Of a stretch of 64,000 nucleotides of DNA, positions 51,375-63,247 are shown in pieces; the stretch's first letter is position 1; every line of letters begins with the position of its first letter. The translations under genes and the position numbers were made by a program. The notes below the pieces were generated by a model that worked only from the letters and a program-made list of their open reading frames with translations, searched no databases and was not told the origin of the DNA. The stretch covers positions 10,528,184 through 10,592,183 of the forward strand of contig OZ316895.1 of NCBI GenBank assembly GCA_973895155.1, given 5' to 3'. This DNA comes from Marsupella aquatica. Lineage: Eukaryota > Plantae > Marchantiophyta.

Positions 51375-52550
51375 ATGTCCGATTCGAGGTCGACGACTTC
51401 AAGCTACGACCACCAATTCACGGAATACGAGCGCGAGGTCCGCGCATTCAAAGCTCTTCCTGGCGATCAAGTGAGTGAAAAAGATGTGGGACTGCAATGG
51501 GCCCCACAAAAGAACGACGTCTACGACTTCACGCCCGTGCGCGTCGCGCTCTTCGGATTGGGACGCATCGGAACGATTCATCTCGAGAAGATCGTGTCAA
51601 TTCCGTCCATTAAGCTCCTCTACTGCGTCGAGGACAGCATCGAGCGGGCCAACTACGTGAGCCTGGTCTGGCGACTCGAAGAGCGCGGAGTCAAAGTAAT
51701 AAAATCCGATGCAGCCGATACGATTTATGACGACCCGAAAGTGGATGCCATCTTCGTCTGCACGCCGACGTTAACGCACGAGGAGATCGTCCTCAAGGGC
51801 TTGGCGGCCGGAAAGGCGATCTTCTGTGAGAAGCCGTTTGCCAAGGGCTCCGAAGCCATCGAGAGGTGTTACAAGCTCGCGGCGGAGAAGTCTCTCCCAA
51901 TTTTCTGCGCCTTCAATCGCCGATTCGATCCCGGTTTCGCGCAATTGCGACAAAAAGTCTTGTCCGGAGCTGTCGGGAAGGTCCATATCGTGAAGACGAC
52001 GTCGAGAGATAGCCCATTGCCGTCGATGGATTATCTGCGGACGTCCGGAGGGATATACCAGGACTGCATTGTGCACGATATCGATTTGATTTGCTGGGTT
52101 CTCGGTGAATATCCCACTGGCGTGAGCTCGCAAGCGCATTGCTTCAGGGCGGATATTGCTGAGTTTGATGATTTCGACACCGTCGCAGTGACCATGAAGT
52201 TTCCCTCCGGAACGCTTGGGATCATCGATGTCTCCAGGTTTGCGGTCTACGGTTATGACATTCGGCTGGAGGCGTTCGGGGACAAGGGGATGATAGATTG
52301 CAACGAGAAGCGGCCGAGCGAGGTGGTGCTGTCTGCAGTTCAGGGTTCGACGGTCTCACCCATCTGCTTCTCGTTCGCGTCGAGGTTCTATGATGCGTAT
52401 CGCTACGAGGCGATGCATTTTGTGGAGCTGTTCAAGGGGCTGACTGAGCCCGTGGTCACGGCCGAGAGCACCTTGGCGGTGAATAAGATCGCCTCTGCTT
52501 GCGAGAAAGCCGCTCGGAGTGCGACGACTGTGGAAATTAAGTGGCCTTGA
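51375..52550 (+). CDS. myo-inositol 2-dehydrogenase-like Gfo/Idh/MocA oxidoreductase, 391 aa, intronless CDS
   Basis: Rossmann motif VALFGLGRIG, VCTPTLTH, CEKP, AFNRRFDP, SRDSPLP, SGGIYQDCIVHDID and YGYDIRLEAFG. ATG at 51375. A probable 5'UTR intron runs from gtaagc at 51212 to ccgcag at ~51353. Confidence 0.93.
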   Translation: MSDSRSTTSSYDHQFTEYEREVRAFKALPGDQVSEKDVGLQWAPQKNDVYDFTPVRVALFGLGRIGTIHLEKIVSIPSIKLLYCVEDSIERANYVSLVWRLEERGVKVIKSDAADTIYDDPKVDAIFVCTPTLTHEEIVLKGLAAGKAIFCEKPFAKGSEAIERCYKLAAEKSLPIFCAFNRRFDPGFAQLRQKVLSGAVGKVHIVKTTSRDSPLPSMDYLRTSGGIYQDCIVHDIDLICWVLGEYPTGVSSQAHCFRADIAEFDDFDTVAVTMKFPSGTLGIIDVSRFAVYGYDIRLEAFGDKGMIDCNEKRPSEVVLSAVQGSTVSPICFSFASRFYDAYRYEAMHFVELFKGLTEPVVTAESTLAVNKIASACEKAARSATTVEIKWP

Positions 52551-54202
52551 ACTGCGTGCTGGCTGAAACGAAGTACGGGAACACCCGAAACGTACTGTAG
52601 GTATCTGTTTCTGGTCAGCACTCGTTCGGTTGAATAATTAGCTGACATTCGCCGAACTCATATCAGACGCCGGGAAAAAGGGGAAACAACAAGTATCGAA
52701 CGATGCGACGAGGTCAGATGAAAACCAGAAAATGTTGGACTGTAGGAAGAGAAAAGGGAAACTGTCCCATCGTTCAGATGCGCTCAAGCTGGTACAGCTG
52801 ATTGATTAGCAATATTCGTTGCCCTGCTCTCGCCTATTGAGATAAATGGTTGGCTTAGATACACATATTCTATATTTTCTTTTCGCACAAATGATGATAA
52901 ACAATCATAAGATCAATCTTCGTTTCTCGCGATTTTACGGATCATAATTTGTGTAGGACATGCTCCGGTGATTGCCATGGTCGAGTAGGCAATTGTAAGT
53001 ACCTCTGTTGGGGATTAGCCTCCGCTAGGCACGGTAGTCTCCGACGGCTACCAACATGAGCAGGCATGTTCAGCCCCACTCGAAGGAAAAGCAACGCCGA
53101 TTCTAGTACACTATCCTCTCAAACAACAGATCGCAAGTAGAACAAAGATTTACAAGATGAGTACTATTGCGAATTACTTCGAATAGAACTTAAATACAAA
53201 AAAGTGTTGATAGCATGAAATCCTGCCTCGCCGTATCATATAACTTAACCAGGAAAAGTAACGACAAACCTGGTGCTACTATGAGATCTTCTTGTATAAG
53301 AGACAGTGAAGACATTCATAGGAAAACCTCAAACATTTTTAAAATGCCGCAAACTTTCTTCACTCAAGTAGCCAATGCTGCAGACAATAGGAAACCAGCT
53401 TCCATGATTCCTCTAAAAAATCCATGTAGTGCTGCTATAACAATCGCACTTCCACTCCTTTCGAGCTTATGTTCTCAGCAACTAGTTCGGACTTCCAGGG
53501 AGGCATCCCTACTTTGACGAAGGGAAGGTATATGTTAGAATTCTCCAAAGCAGTTTCTCCCTAGCGTCTTCACGTCCTCAAAAGATGAAAACTTGGATTC
53601 CGTGGACACACATACTTCTTAGAAGTAGCACCTAGCCAAGCTATCGATACCCACAGCGGTGGACATAAACTTGCACTGGAAATTGAAAAACCGAGATCGT
53701 AGAGGTTCTCCACCATTTTGACAGACAATTGAATGTTGACAAAATGCATTTTATTGGCTATCAATTTTCACGGTTATCAAATGCATTTTATTGGCTACCA
53801 GAGATAGACAATCAGACTGAGTTTCTGGCTCATTCACTCAGACACCATTAAAGGAACAAATCTTCCGGTGGCCTATAAACAAATGGTTACAGGCAGCATT
53901 CTAACCGGGCCATAGCACGATAATTGGAATCCTTAAATGAACACAGCAGCATCAGAGGCAGGTGTTTAACCGTCACGTCAACTATTTTTCACTGCATTTT
54001 GGTGAGACAAGTAACTGATATACATTACATTTCTATCGAACTGTGACTAGTCATACAAGACGACTCTATTTGCGATGGATTCTGAGGAAAAGGCAAGCCT
54101 ATAATGATGGTTGTCAGGGCAACCACAGATGTACAGGACGCTCATGTACGAAAACTTTAGCATGAAGAGGAGGTAGCTTTGGCAAAAGCTGGAATCAGAC
54201 CA

Positions 54203-57200
54203 TTAATTGAGAAGAGACTTGATGATTGATTTCACATTCAGCCTCTTCAAATCAGTATAGGTCTGCCCACATCCAACGAATACCACAGGAGCCCCCGAAA
54301 CATAAACCATAGACAGCGCAGCACCAACCTGGAAAAGCACAACCATTAGTACGACCCAACGTAAAGCATTCACATGCGGCAAAATTTCCTGGTTGAACAA
54401 GGTTCGTGATTTCTACATCCAATCATTAGCAATCATTCATCACAGTCAGCTGACAGGACTGACTAGTTAGCTGCCTAGGCTTACAGCCAACGACGGATAG
54501 ATTATATGAGCATGAAAAGGCAATATTCAGCTATAGCAGAAAATAACTGTACCTTGTCATCGATAGTGTCAAATTTGGTCAGAAGAATTCCATCAATCAA
54601 CCTTGGGGTAGACTTCGTAGCCAGATCGACCAAACTCTGCAACATTACAATCCGCATGAATGTCAAACCGAAGCTCTCTACCTCCAACATTGAACTCAGT
54701 GAACTATTGATATAGGTAAAAAATTCAGAGATGGGGCCAAAAATACATAATCTGATCAAGTTCTGTTTCCACAAAGAGGGAGAAAAATAGACAATCTGTG
54801 GTTAATTACCTGATTGAATTTTGTCAGCTGGTCCACAGCGTCATTGCCAACTAGAGCTTCCCCGACGAATAAAACCAAATCTGGCTCATTCAGCGTGATG
54901 AGCTTCGTGAGTGCTCTCATGAGAGGTTCATTATCCTGCATAAAACACGACAAAGGAACATAAGGAAACTGTCAGCATTCGTTTGGAGGTGAATATCTTG
55001 GATTGTCGCAAGAAAATAACGTTAGGTACTATAACAGTGGAAGCACAACTTTCATCATGCCAATTCTGGTTTTAGCACAGAACCGACCAGATGGCAAACA
55101 CCAGTAAGAACCAGTAGAGCCAAGTCTACTCAGAACACATTGTATTCCCACGTAAGAAACTTTTATGTGGTACGATACCACAACACTTCCAATCGCATCT
55201 TAGAAAGAGTATTGCCCGTGTCTAAATTCCTCTTGAAAAGCTGTAGAATTCCTGGTCTTTACTACTCTCCAATAAAAACAGCTACTTTCGAAAGAGAGTT
55301 TGGGTATTTGACCTGCATACGGCCTGCTGTGTCGACAAGGACAACGTCTTGGTTCGTTCGTAAAGCCTCTCGAATGGCTTCTTTGGCCACTACAGCTGGA
55401 TCCTTCTCATAACCTTTCTCGAAGATAGGGACCTGAAAATTTATGCAGCAATTAGCAATGAGATTCCCGCTGTACGAGAAACAATCTACAGCACGGGTCG
55501 TCTGAATTAGCTTATGCGATCAGGAAACATCCTAGTCACAACGGTTTTACTGGCAACAACATCTAACCTGCAGTCGTCGCGCATGGGTTCGAAGTTGCTC
55601 TACAGCACCAGATCGGAAAGTGTCACACGCTGCCATCATGACACTGACATTGTGCTGCAGGAGCCAGTACGCAACCTGCAACCCCAGACCATGGCGGTTA
55701 GATAATTTCGTGCACCAGGTTAAACGTTATCATATAGAATCTCGTCCAACCACAAAGACTAGGGCCCCGAACACAAGGAAGCTTAAACCTAACATGATGT
55801 ACCCCGTAGACCTGCTCACCTTGGCGAGATTGGTCGACTTCCCGACACCATTGACTCCAACGAATGTGATGACATAAGGGCGGCCCTGTTCTTTGGCTGC
55901 TTGCACATCCCGGAGAATGTCAACCGATCGCTTGGGAGTAAGGATGCGCACCAAAGCTTCTTCCATAGCAACCTGGGTTTTAAGAGAACATAATGAACGA
56001 GCTTGTTGTGAGAAATCCGCCATCGAAAAGTGCTACTGTTCCACACACTAGAAACTCCTGACAATTAAAAATCGTCCTTACTGACCTTCACAGTAGTAGA
56101 AACCCGGGTGAAAGATCCCATTTTCTTGCCGACAAGACTAGCTGCAACCGATTCACAAAGCTTCTCTGCGATGTCCTCCGCCTGAGAATCACAATGGCCA
56201 ATCCACTTAGCATACAGCACCTCAGGTCTCAAAACATTTCAAAACCAAATCAACTCATAAATCCCTGGTACCAAAAGTTCTTACTGATCTGCAGATTGTA
56301 TTACTCTGCTGGGTCAGTTCACTAAGTGACAACTATTCCTTACAAGGTAACTTTATATTACAAGTCTACATCCGTGACGATGAACCAGATGCAGCCCTGC
56401 AGGATGTTAGTCATGAAACTTTCTTTGCCACATAACGGGCTCAAGGGGTTAAATTTTACTTACGACATTCTTAGTTTGGAGACGCTCTTTGAGCATCTTC
56501 AGAGCTGGGGCCAAATCTGCTTTGTCCAGAGATGCTTTGCCAGAAACGCTGCATAAAATTGAATCGAAACCAAGATTAACATCGCAGCACCAGACGAGCA
56601 CCATCATTAAACCCTATGGGAACGGTCAATGGATTGCTGAAGAAATTGACCGAACACATCTTCCGGAAACTTCCGCTTAGCCCTAAACGAGCAGGTGCTT
56701 GTAATTATACAATTTGACGTGCAAAAACCACTCCAAAACCATGAGTCGATTGACTTCCCGAACCCTAAAGGTGCCCTAGGGTGTCCACTATTATTAGTCA
56801 TCTGGTTCGAAGAATTTCAGTTATAGAACTCTCTCGAAGGCTTCATACATTTTAGTGGACCCACGACTTAGGTGGAATGACGACCGTAAATACTTGCCAA
56901 GACATTAAGGAGCATTTGAAAGAAAACTTGGAATTTATGAGTAACTTGATGCATCCAGTCCACTTGAATCTTTAAGAAAAAATCGTGCACTGCTTGCCAA
57001 ATTTCAATCCACATTATTTTCGCCATTTAATCCCTTCACACAACACATCGAATTGTCTATGACAGGGAGATCAAACCTACTGCAAACACATTGTAAAGTA
57101 AGTCTACAAGGCTCGAATTTTACCTCGACACAAGGGAGGAAAACCACCCTTTCTTCGCAGACGACACTTTGCCATCATTATCCTCCTCAATCTCCTCGTC

Positions 57201-58190
57201 ACTGGACGAAAAATCTTCGTCGTCGTCGTCCATCAAGCTCTTACCTTGGTCAGCCATGGGGGCGAAGACAGTGTCATCCCCTCCACGCTTATCAGAATCA
57301 TTTGTATAATCTAGTTTGGAAGGGGGAGGAGCGTCTCCCCATACCCTATTCTTCTTCGCCTTCTTCTTCGCATCCTCCTCTTTAAGGGGTTTGGAGGGCG
57401 CGGTTTCTCCTACGGCCCCCTTCTTACCCCCTTTGTTCCTCAACTTTGCTAACTTATTTACATCGAATGCCACTTCGCTGGTCTTATGTCCACCATCATC
57501 GTCGCTGCTGCTGCTGGCCCCACTGGCGTGTCCATTGGCACTTCCATTCGCAGCGACTCCGGTGGCCTTCCCATTCATCTGCAATTTGGGATTTCCACTG
57601 GACTTTCCATTCGGCAAACCCTTCACACCACCACCCTTCTTCGCCTGCGGTGCTACTCCTCCGTAAGCGTCAGCTTCATCATCATCCCCGCCGCTCTCCC
57701 CCTTCTTCGCCGTGGCAGATTTCCTCCCCTTGCCTCCCCGAGATTGATCAGACTGCCTCCTCCCCTCTACTGTCTTCACCACATCGAAAGCTTTTACTTG
57801 CTTATTCCTTTTCATCTCAACGGCACGGGCCTCGGCCTCCTGTAGCAGCTGCCGAAACGTATCATCGAACTCGTACGCAGTCCGGCCCTCTTTGTAGACG
57901 ACCGAGAATTTCTGCTTGACGAGACTGAGCAACTCATCCACGTAGAGAAGGTGGAGCAGGCGCTGATAGACGGCCACGAAGACGAGCCCGAGCTCATTGT
58001 GGAAGGTCCACTTGAGGGTATACGACGCTCCGGACACATCGTACTGGAAGGCGGAATCCCCGGCCCGCTCCTCCAAGAGGCAGGACCTGATCAGGGCATC
58101 GATCGGTGACCCTTTCAACGCATTCCCGAGCTCATGGTAAGTCCATAGCACCAATCCCCCTCTCGTGAAGATCAGAAGCTGTTCCAACAT
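54203..58190 (-). CDS. SRPRA: Signal recognition particle receptor alpha subunit, 9 exons (58190-57124, 56548-56464, 56181-56086, 55972-55820, 55675-55568, 55432-55313, 54935-54810, 54636-54553, 54328-54203)
   Basis: N-terminal SRX/longin domain [16 protein letters not shown]; GTPase motifs [40 protein letters not shown] and [10 protein letters not shown]. Confidence 0.96.
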
Positions 58191-58716
58191 CGCGTCTCCT
58201 ACTTCAACAACAACAATCCCCACAGAAGTCACCAAAACACGATCTCCCCTCTTCCCAGTCTCCTCCTCCTCGCCTTCTTCGGCCTACTCAATCGCTCCTC
58301 CAATTATTCACAATTTCCTCCTCTCCCTCTCTCCTCCTCCCTTTGTGGGTCTGTTCCAGCCCTCTGCTTCCGCTCACAAAAATAATAACACATCCTCCTC
58401 TTCTTCCTTATACGAGACTATATGCAACATGTTGTCTCTTCTCTTCGCTTCTCTTCTCGTCTCTTCTCTTCTCTAGTCGGTCCCCTTCTTTGTAAAGGAT
58501 AGTGGAAGGAAGAAGGAACCATCGCTGGAACTGACTGCCGAACGACCGTCAGCAAGAAACTCAAAAGTAGCCGAACTTCACCAAGCTAAACTATTCTCTA
58601 AATACCAGATGGAGACGTAGATCCTTAGATTCTTGAAATCGAGCCGCCCATATTTATAACGGACGGCCTACAGTTACTGGATTATTCTGTCCGAGAAGCC
58701 AACGACTGAAGCTAAT

Positions 58717-59100
58717 ATGGGGTACCGTCGTAGCTGGGCCTGGACTGGGGAACCTCAGTTACCGACGCGCGACGGGGCACGGGGGATAGGCTACGGTGAC
58801 ACTGAGCGCAGTCCACCGTCACCGCGTACCGACGTAGTCTCACGCGACCGAGAAAAGCGGCGTTGTAGCCGGTGCTCTGGCCGACACCCGGGACTGGAGA
58901 CCCTCTGCACCGGTACGAACTCGACAGTCCCCGGAAAACAGCCTGCCCTCACAGTGCACTTACAGCCTCCGGGGACTTGCCTCGACAGTCCCCCGGGGGC
59001 TTGCACTTAGACAGGGCAGGGAGTGCACTGACAGCCTCCAGGGGCTTGCACTTACAGTGTGCCCTGTCTAAGTGCAAGCCCCCGGAAAACCCTGCTCTTA
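58717..59100. repeat. GC-rich block of nested direct and inverted repeats, probable DNA transposon end
   Basis: Perfect 26-bp IR CCGGGGGCTTGCACTTAGACAGGGCA (58993-59018) / TGCCCTGTCTAAGTGCAAGCCCCCGG (59060-59085); CTCGACAGTCCCC and AGTGCACT.ACAGCCTCC are repeated. Confidence 0.7.
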
Positions 59101-59688
59101 CTCACGGTATGCACAATGTTCTAACTCCATGGGGTATTGTTTATGCACTTCTCCATACGTGCATGGTTGCACTACCTGGAGAAATAGCTTAATGCATTTA
59201 TTAGTATAGGACTCCTCATACCCTGAGCCCTCATACTACACAATGCAACGGGAGAAGTGCACAATTCAATGGGAGAAGTGCACAATTCAACCGGAGAAGG
59301 CAATGAATTTTAATGGGAATTAAACTAGTTTATGTTGTCTGCTGCACTTATCAACAAATAAATGGGGTGCTGTAACTGATAATCCATGTGTATATTTATA
59401 GACTTAAATGCACTTACTCCAGTGGCATTTGGCACCAAACTCTGTTTAGAGGTAGTGAGTACACCATTGCAACCAACATATGTTCTGACACTGACATGTA
59501 TGTTTGAAGGACCTGATTAAGGTGCTCAATTGGGGATCAACTTATAATTGACCTAGTCTCCAAGTTGGTCCAGAGATGACAGGTCTACACAAGCATATAT
59601 GAGGGATGTACCTCACCTGGCCATCAAGAGCATTCAAGTGATCATGATGAGATCCACCACCATTGGAACAGTAGACTACTGAGCCCGT

Positions 59689-59750
59689 GACTAGTCGCAT
59701 TCAATTGTTGGACCAAAGGGACTAGTCGCATTCAATTGTTGGACCAAAGG
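59689..59750. repeat. Perfect 31-bp tandem duplication
   Basis: GACTAGTCGCATTCAATTGTTGGACCAAAGG twice. Confidence 0.95.
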
Positions 59751-61930
59751 GATGCATGATTGTGGAGCTTGGTTGGCTTCTTGACTCAAGACACCAAAAG
59801 GGGGATGGAGACTTTGAGTGATACTTGGTTCTGTTACTGTGTTAAGACCTGCACTTGATGCTGATCAAGTGCTCCCTGATTGATCCATCACTTGAGACCT
59901 TTTGGGGCTCGGACTCCTTCAATGAATATTTTCTACTACCCTGTGCAAACACCCCTTATTCAACGAACCCCTTTCAAAGGAAGTAGAAGCCATTAATCAT
60001 TTAATATTGATACATTGTGGACAATGCATCATGTGATGACATGTGACACATTTTTGAATGGTTGCCCCCTTACTCACTTTTGTCCTTGCTACTTCTAAGC
60101 ATTCCCCTAAAATGTTCCCAAAATGAACAAACTGCCCCTTACTTCCTTTATCACATGATGTTCATTGGAAGTTGAGGAAGTGATATTGGATTGCAATTTT
60201 GTCCCTTATGACATCAAAATTGGGAAATAATTAAAATCCAGAAGAGCCAGCCCATAACCTTGCATGGAGTGAAATGCTCTGGAAAATTGATTTTGGCTTA
60301 AAATAGGCAGTGAACTTGTGTTTTGACTGCATGGAAGCAAATACCAAAACAATTCTTCTCAAAAACCATTTTGGCAAGGCAACATCCTGCAATCTGAACA
60401 ACAGCAGCTTGAAAGTACATTTAATAACGTTTTGCGGCTCAAGACCACAAATCAAGTTCCTACTACAGTAGTTGCACGACTCTGATCCAATGGTGCCGAT
60501 AATGGAGAGTACAGCAGTTAGAGCATATCCACTAGAGTGTTCCAAACTTCCAAACCTTGGAAATTATGGATGATGGCATTCAGTCATAAAGAATAGGTCA
60601 TAACTTTTTCAAAAGACTGTAATTTGTTTTTTTGTTTTTCTTTCACCAGCCTCTACAGTGACTAATGGTTATGGCATAATACCAATCCTTATGCCAAAAA
60701 GTTATGGATTATGAATTTTGTAGTCCATAACTTCTTGTGTCCATAACCCATAACTAGTAAGAGAGTTAAGGGACATAAATATGCTAGCTTTGAGATGCCC
60801 TTCTGGGGCCAATGGGGCCTTTGAGGAGTGCCATTGATGACAAAGAGGCTTCTTGAATTACTGTGTTTAATCTGACTTTCAATACCAATAAGAGCTCTCA
60901 CTACCAAAGAGTAAAAAGCGCCCAAATGAGAGATGTGAACAGGCCAATTCAAAGACCCAATAAGGGGGAGAGCACAAGTGAAAACCAAGGGAAGAGCCAA
61001 AGAGCCCAAGAGTCTGGTACTACTGCAAGGACTTAATCAAAGCCCTACAAAGCGGCAGCTATCTGGAAAACCTGGTAAAGCTTGGAGGTAACATGTTCCA
61101 TCATTATTTAGTTATAAGCTTGTTTAAGGTCTATTTGTCTTTAGCTGCTTCCATGAAGTGCAAACCAAATGAAAAGAGACAGATACCAAAAGAGGGAAAA
61201 CCCATACAACTGAGAAAAACTGTGGAAATGAAGCTACCCATAGCAAGAACCAACTTATCCTAGAAACCCACAACCAGGGGCACGCTACTCATCCTAGAAA
61301 TTGAAAGCAAGAGTTGGCAACGAGCTTGAAATTCTAGTTCTAAGGAAGCAAGAATAGTACTGGCTGATGTCTTAGCTGCCTGAAACACTTGTGAAGACTC
61401 CCATCTCCGCTCACATTTGCCCTGATAGTTTCCTTGACCTCCTTGGCAAGAGACATCGTCTATAGACAGCTGGTGAAAGACTTATCATAAGAAGACTTTC
61501 AGAGTGTGGAACTTGCTGCACAGGTACCAATGAGAAAAAATTATTGTTCAAAGATAATATAATATTAATCTCCACGAAGGGGAGGCATAAATACATATCA
61601 GATACGGGGATAACCTGAGAAAGAAGAATCAAGTGAGCTATGTGACTCAATATGAGTCACACATAAAGTGAACGTTGAGACAAGAGAGCTAAGCTATATT
61701 AATAGGGGTAATAAATCAGCCAGTTGGTCCTCCCTAAGTTAACACAAGCCGATGGCGGCAAGACAAGGGGGAATAATAATGGATCACGTACATCCAAGAG
61801 CAGTCACCTTGTGAACTGGGACTCCCAACACCCCTTCTTGACCTTGGCTATCGCTACCAGCGGATTGAGAGGTTGAGAGAGTCATGCTGGATTTCTGTAC
61901 AAATATTTAGTATCAACAGGTCCAAAAAAA

Positions 61931-62432
61931 ATGACAGTGTTTTGTGTTGTGACCAGAAAAGGGCAGGCTATAGACAGCATCTTCGGAATGGCATCGAAAC
62001 CATTAACATTGAGAGAGGCACTCACGTATCTCTTTCCTGCTTTAATTGCTAGGGATAGTTTCCTCATTGATGTGTTGCTTGCATGGATTCCTGGTGAGCA
62101 TTACTTCGATACCGAATGAATTGCTGTTGCCAAGATGACCCCAAGAGAAGATGTAGTCATCAATGATCAGACTACATCAAGTTCATCGACAAAACAAATA
62201 GCGACTGTTGAAGCTGCTGACGAGGAAAGAGTTGGTGGTGTTTTTTCCTTTTGCCAAGCCTCCAAGAAGATATCATGCCATAGTGAGAGGTCACCGTATA
62301 GGAATTTTCTTGTTGTGGGAAGAAGTGGAGCCTCTAGTAAGTGGATTCTGGGGTAATGGGTTCAAGTCTTTTAAGACTCGTAGAGAGGCACCATTGTACA
62401 TGGCCCGTGAACTAGCTAGGCTCCGTAACTAG
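61931..62432 (+). pseudogene. Degenerate antisense ORF in the Copia 3' region with an RNase H1 hybrid-binding (Cauli_VI/viroplasmin) domain
   Basis: RYHAIVRGHRIGIFLLWEEVEPLVSGFWGNGFKSFKTRREAPLYM fits the domain consensus YYAV..GR..GIY..W.E....V.GF.G...KSF.T..EA..Y. ORFs 61931 and 62135 share a frame separated by one TGA; a frameshift near the T-run at ~62245 joins them to the domain. Confidence 0.8.
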
Positions 62433-62903
62433 CTGAGTCATTTATAGCAAGAATTTGAGACAGTGTCTCCGTTATGGACCGTTGCTGTTTATCACTCTAC
62501 TAATGAGATTTCAGCTCTTGTGCACCTAATAGTTTGACTAATGTCATTCCTATTGCATGTCGATGAGCTTCAAACTTAGTTCTAGGTAAGACCTTCGTAA
62601 AAATGTCAGCAGATTGTTCCTCAAATGAAATATACTTGATTGAGATTTCACCATCAAGAATTCTTTCTCTTATGAAATGATGATGTATTTTTAAATGCTT
62701 AGTACGAGAGTGGAAAACAGGATTCTTTGTAAGTTTGATGGCACTTACATTGTCGTAGTGTATGTGTAAGTCTTGATGCGTAGGAGTTGATGCAGAAGTC
62801 AAGTCGTCCTGAATGTGTGAGTCTGAGCAATGGACTAGAGCCCCTGAAGTATTGTTTGACTGAAGTTCCTCAATCAGCCACTTTAAGTATATCATCTCTT
62901 GAG

Positions 62904-63247
62904 TGTTGAGCATAGATGACAATTGCAATGGCAAGCCCATGAACCATCTAACGCACAAGAGTTGACACAGAGAGATATGTAGTTCACCTCCACATGAGGC
63001 TATGTCCACAGTAACACACAAGAGCTGAACTGCACTCTAGACCGACCGACCATACCAAGCATCCACAGCACAAGCTCTCCCTACTCTCAATTGGCTCCGT
63101 TATAATGAGCCTGAGTTTCCACTCTCCAAGCAAACACCACTTGGGTATAGTGTGTGCGCAACATGACTAACCTAACCTAATAAGCGACTAAGGTTAGCCC
63201 TAACTATGGTACAGTCGTTACTCTAGACCTAAGAGTAAATCTTAACA
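62904..63247. mobile_element. 344-bp solo LTR inserted in the Copia RNase H
   Basis: Ends TGTTGAG...CTTAACA with 5-bp TSD TTGAG/TCGAG (one CpG transition). Removing it restores ALSNCT-QEMIYLKWL. Confidence 0.88.

Noticed and set aside
57053-58039. Plus-strand ORFs of 110-157 aa over SRPRA exon 1
   Set aside because: Antisense shadows of GC-rich coding sequence.
60231-61009. Minus-strand ORFs of ~105 aa
   Set aside because: No transposase or host-protein motif recognised.
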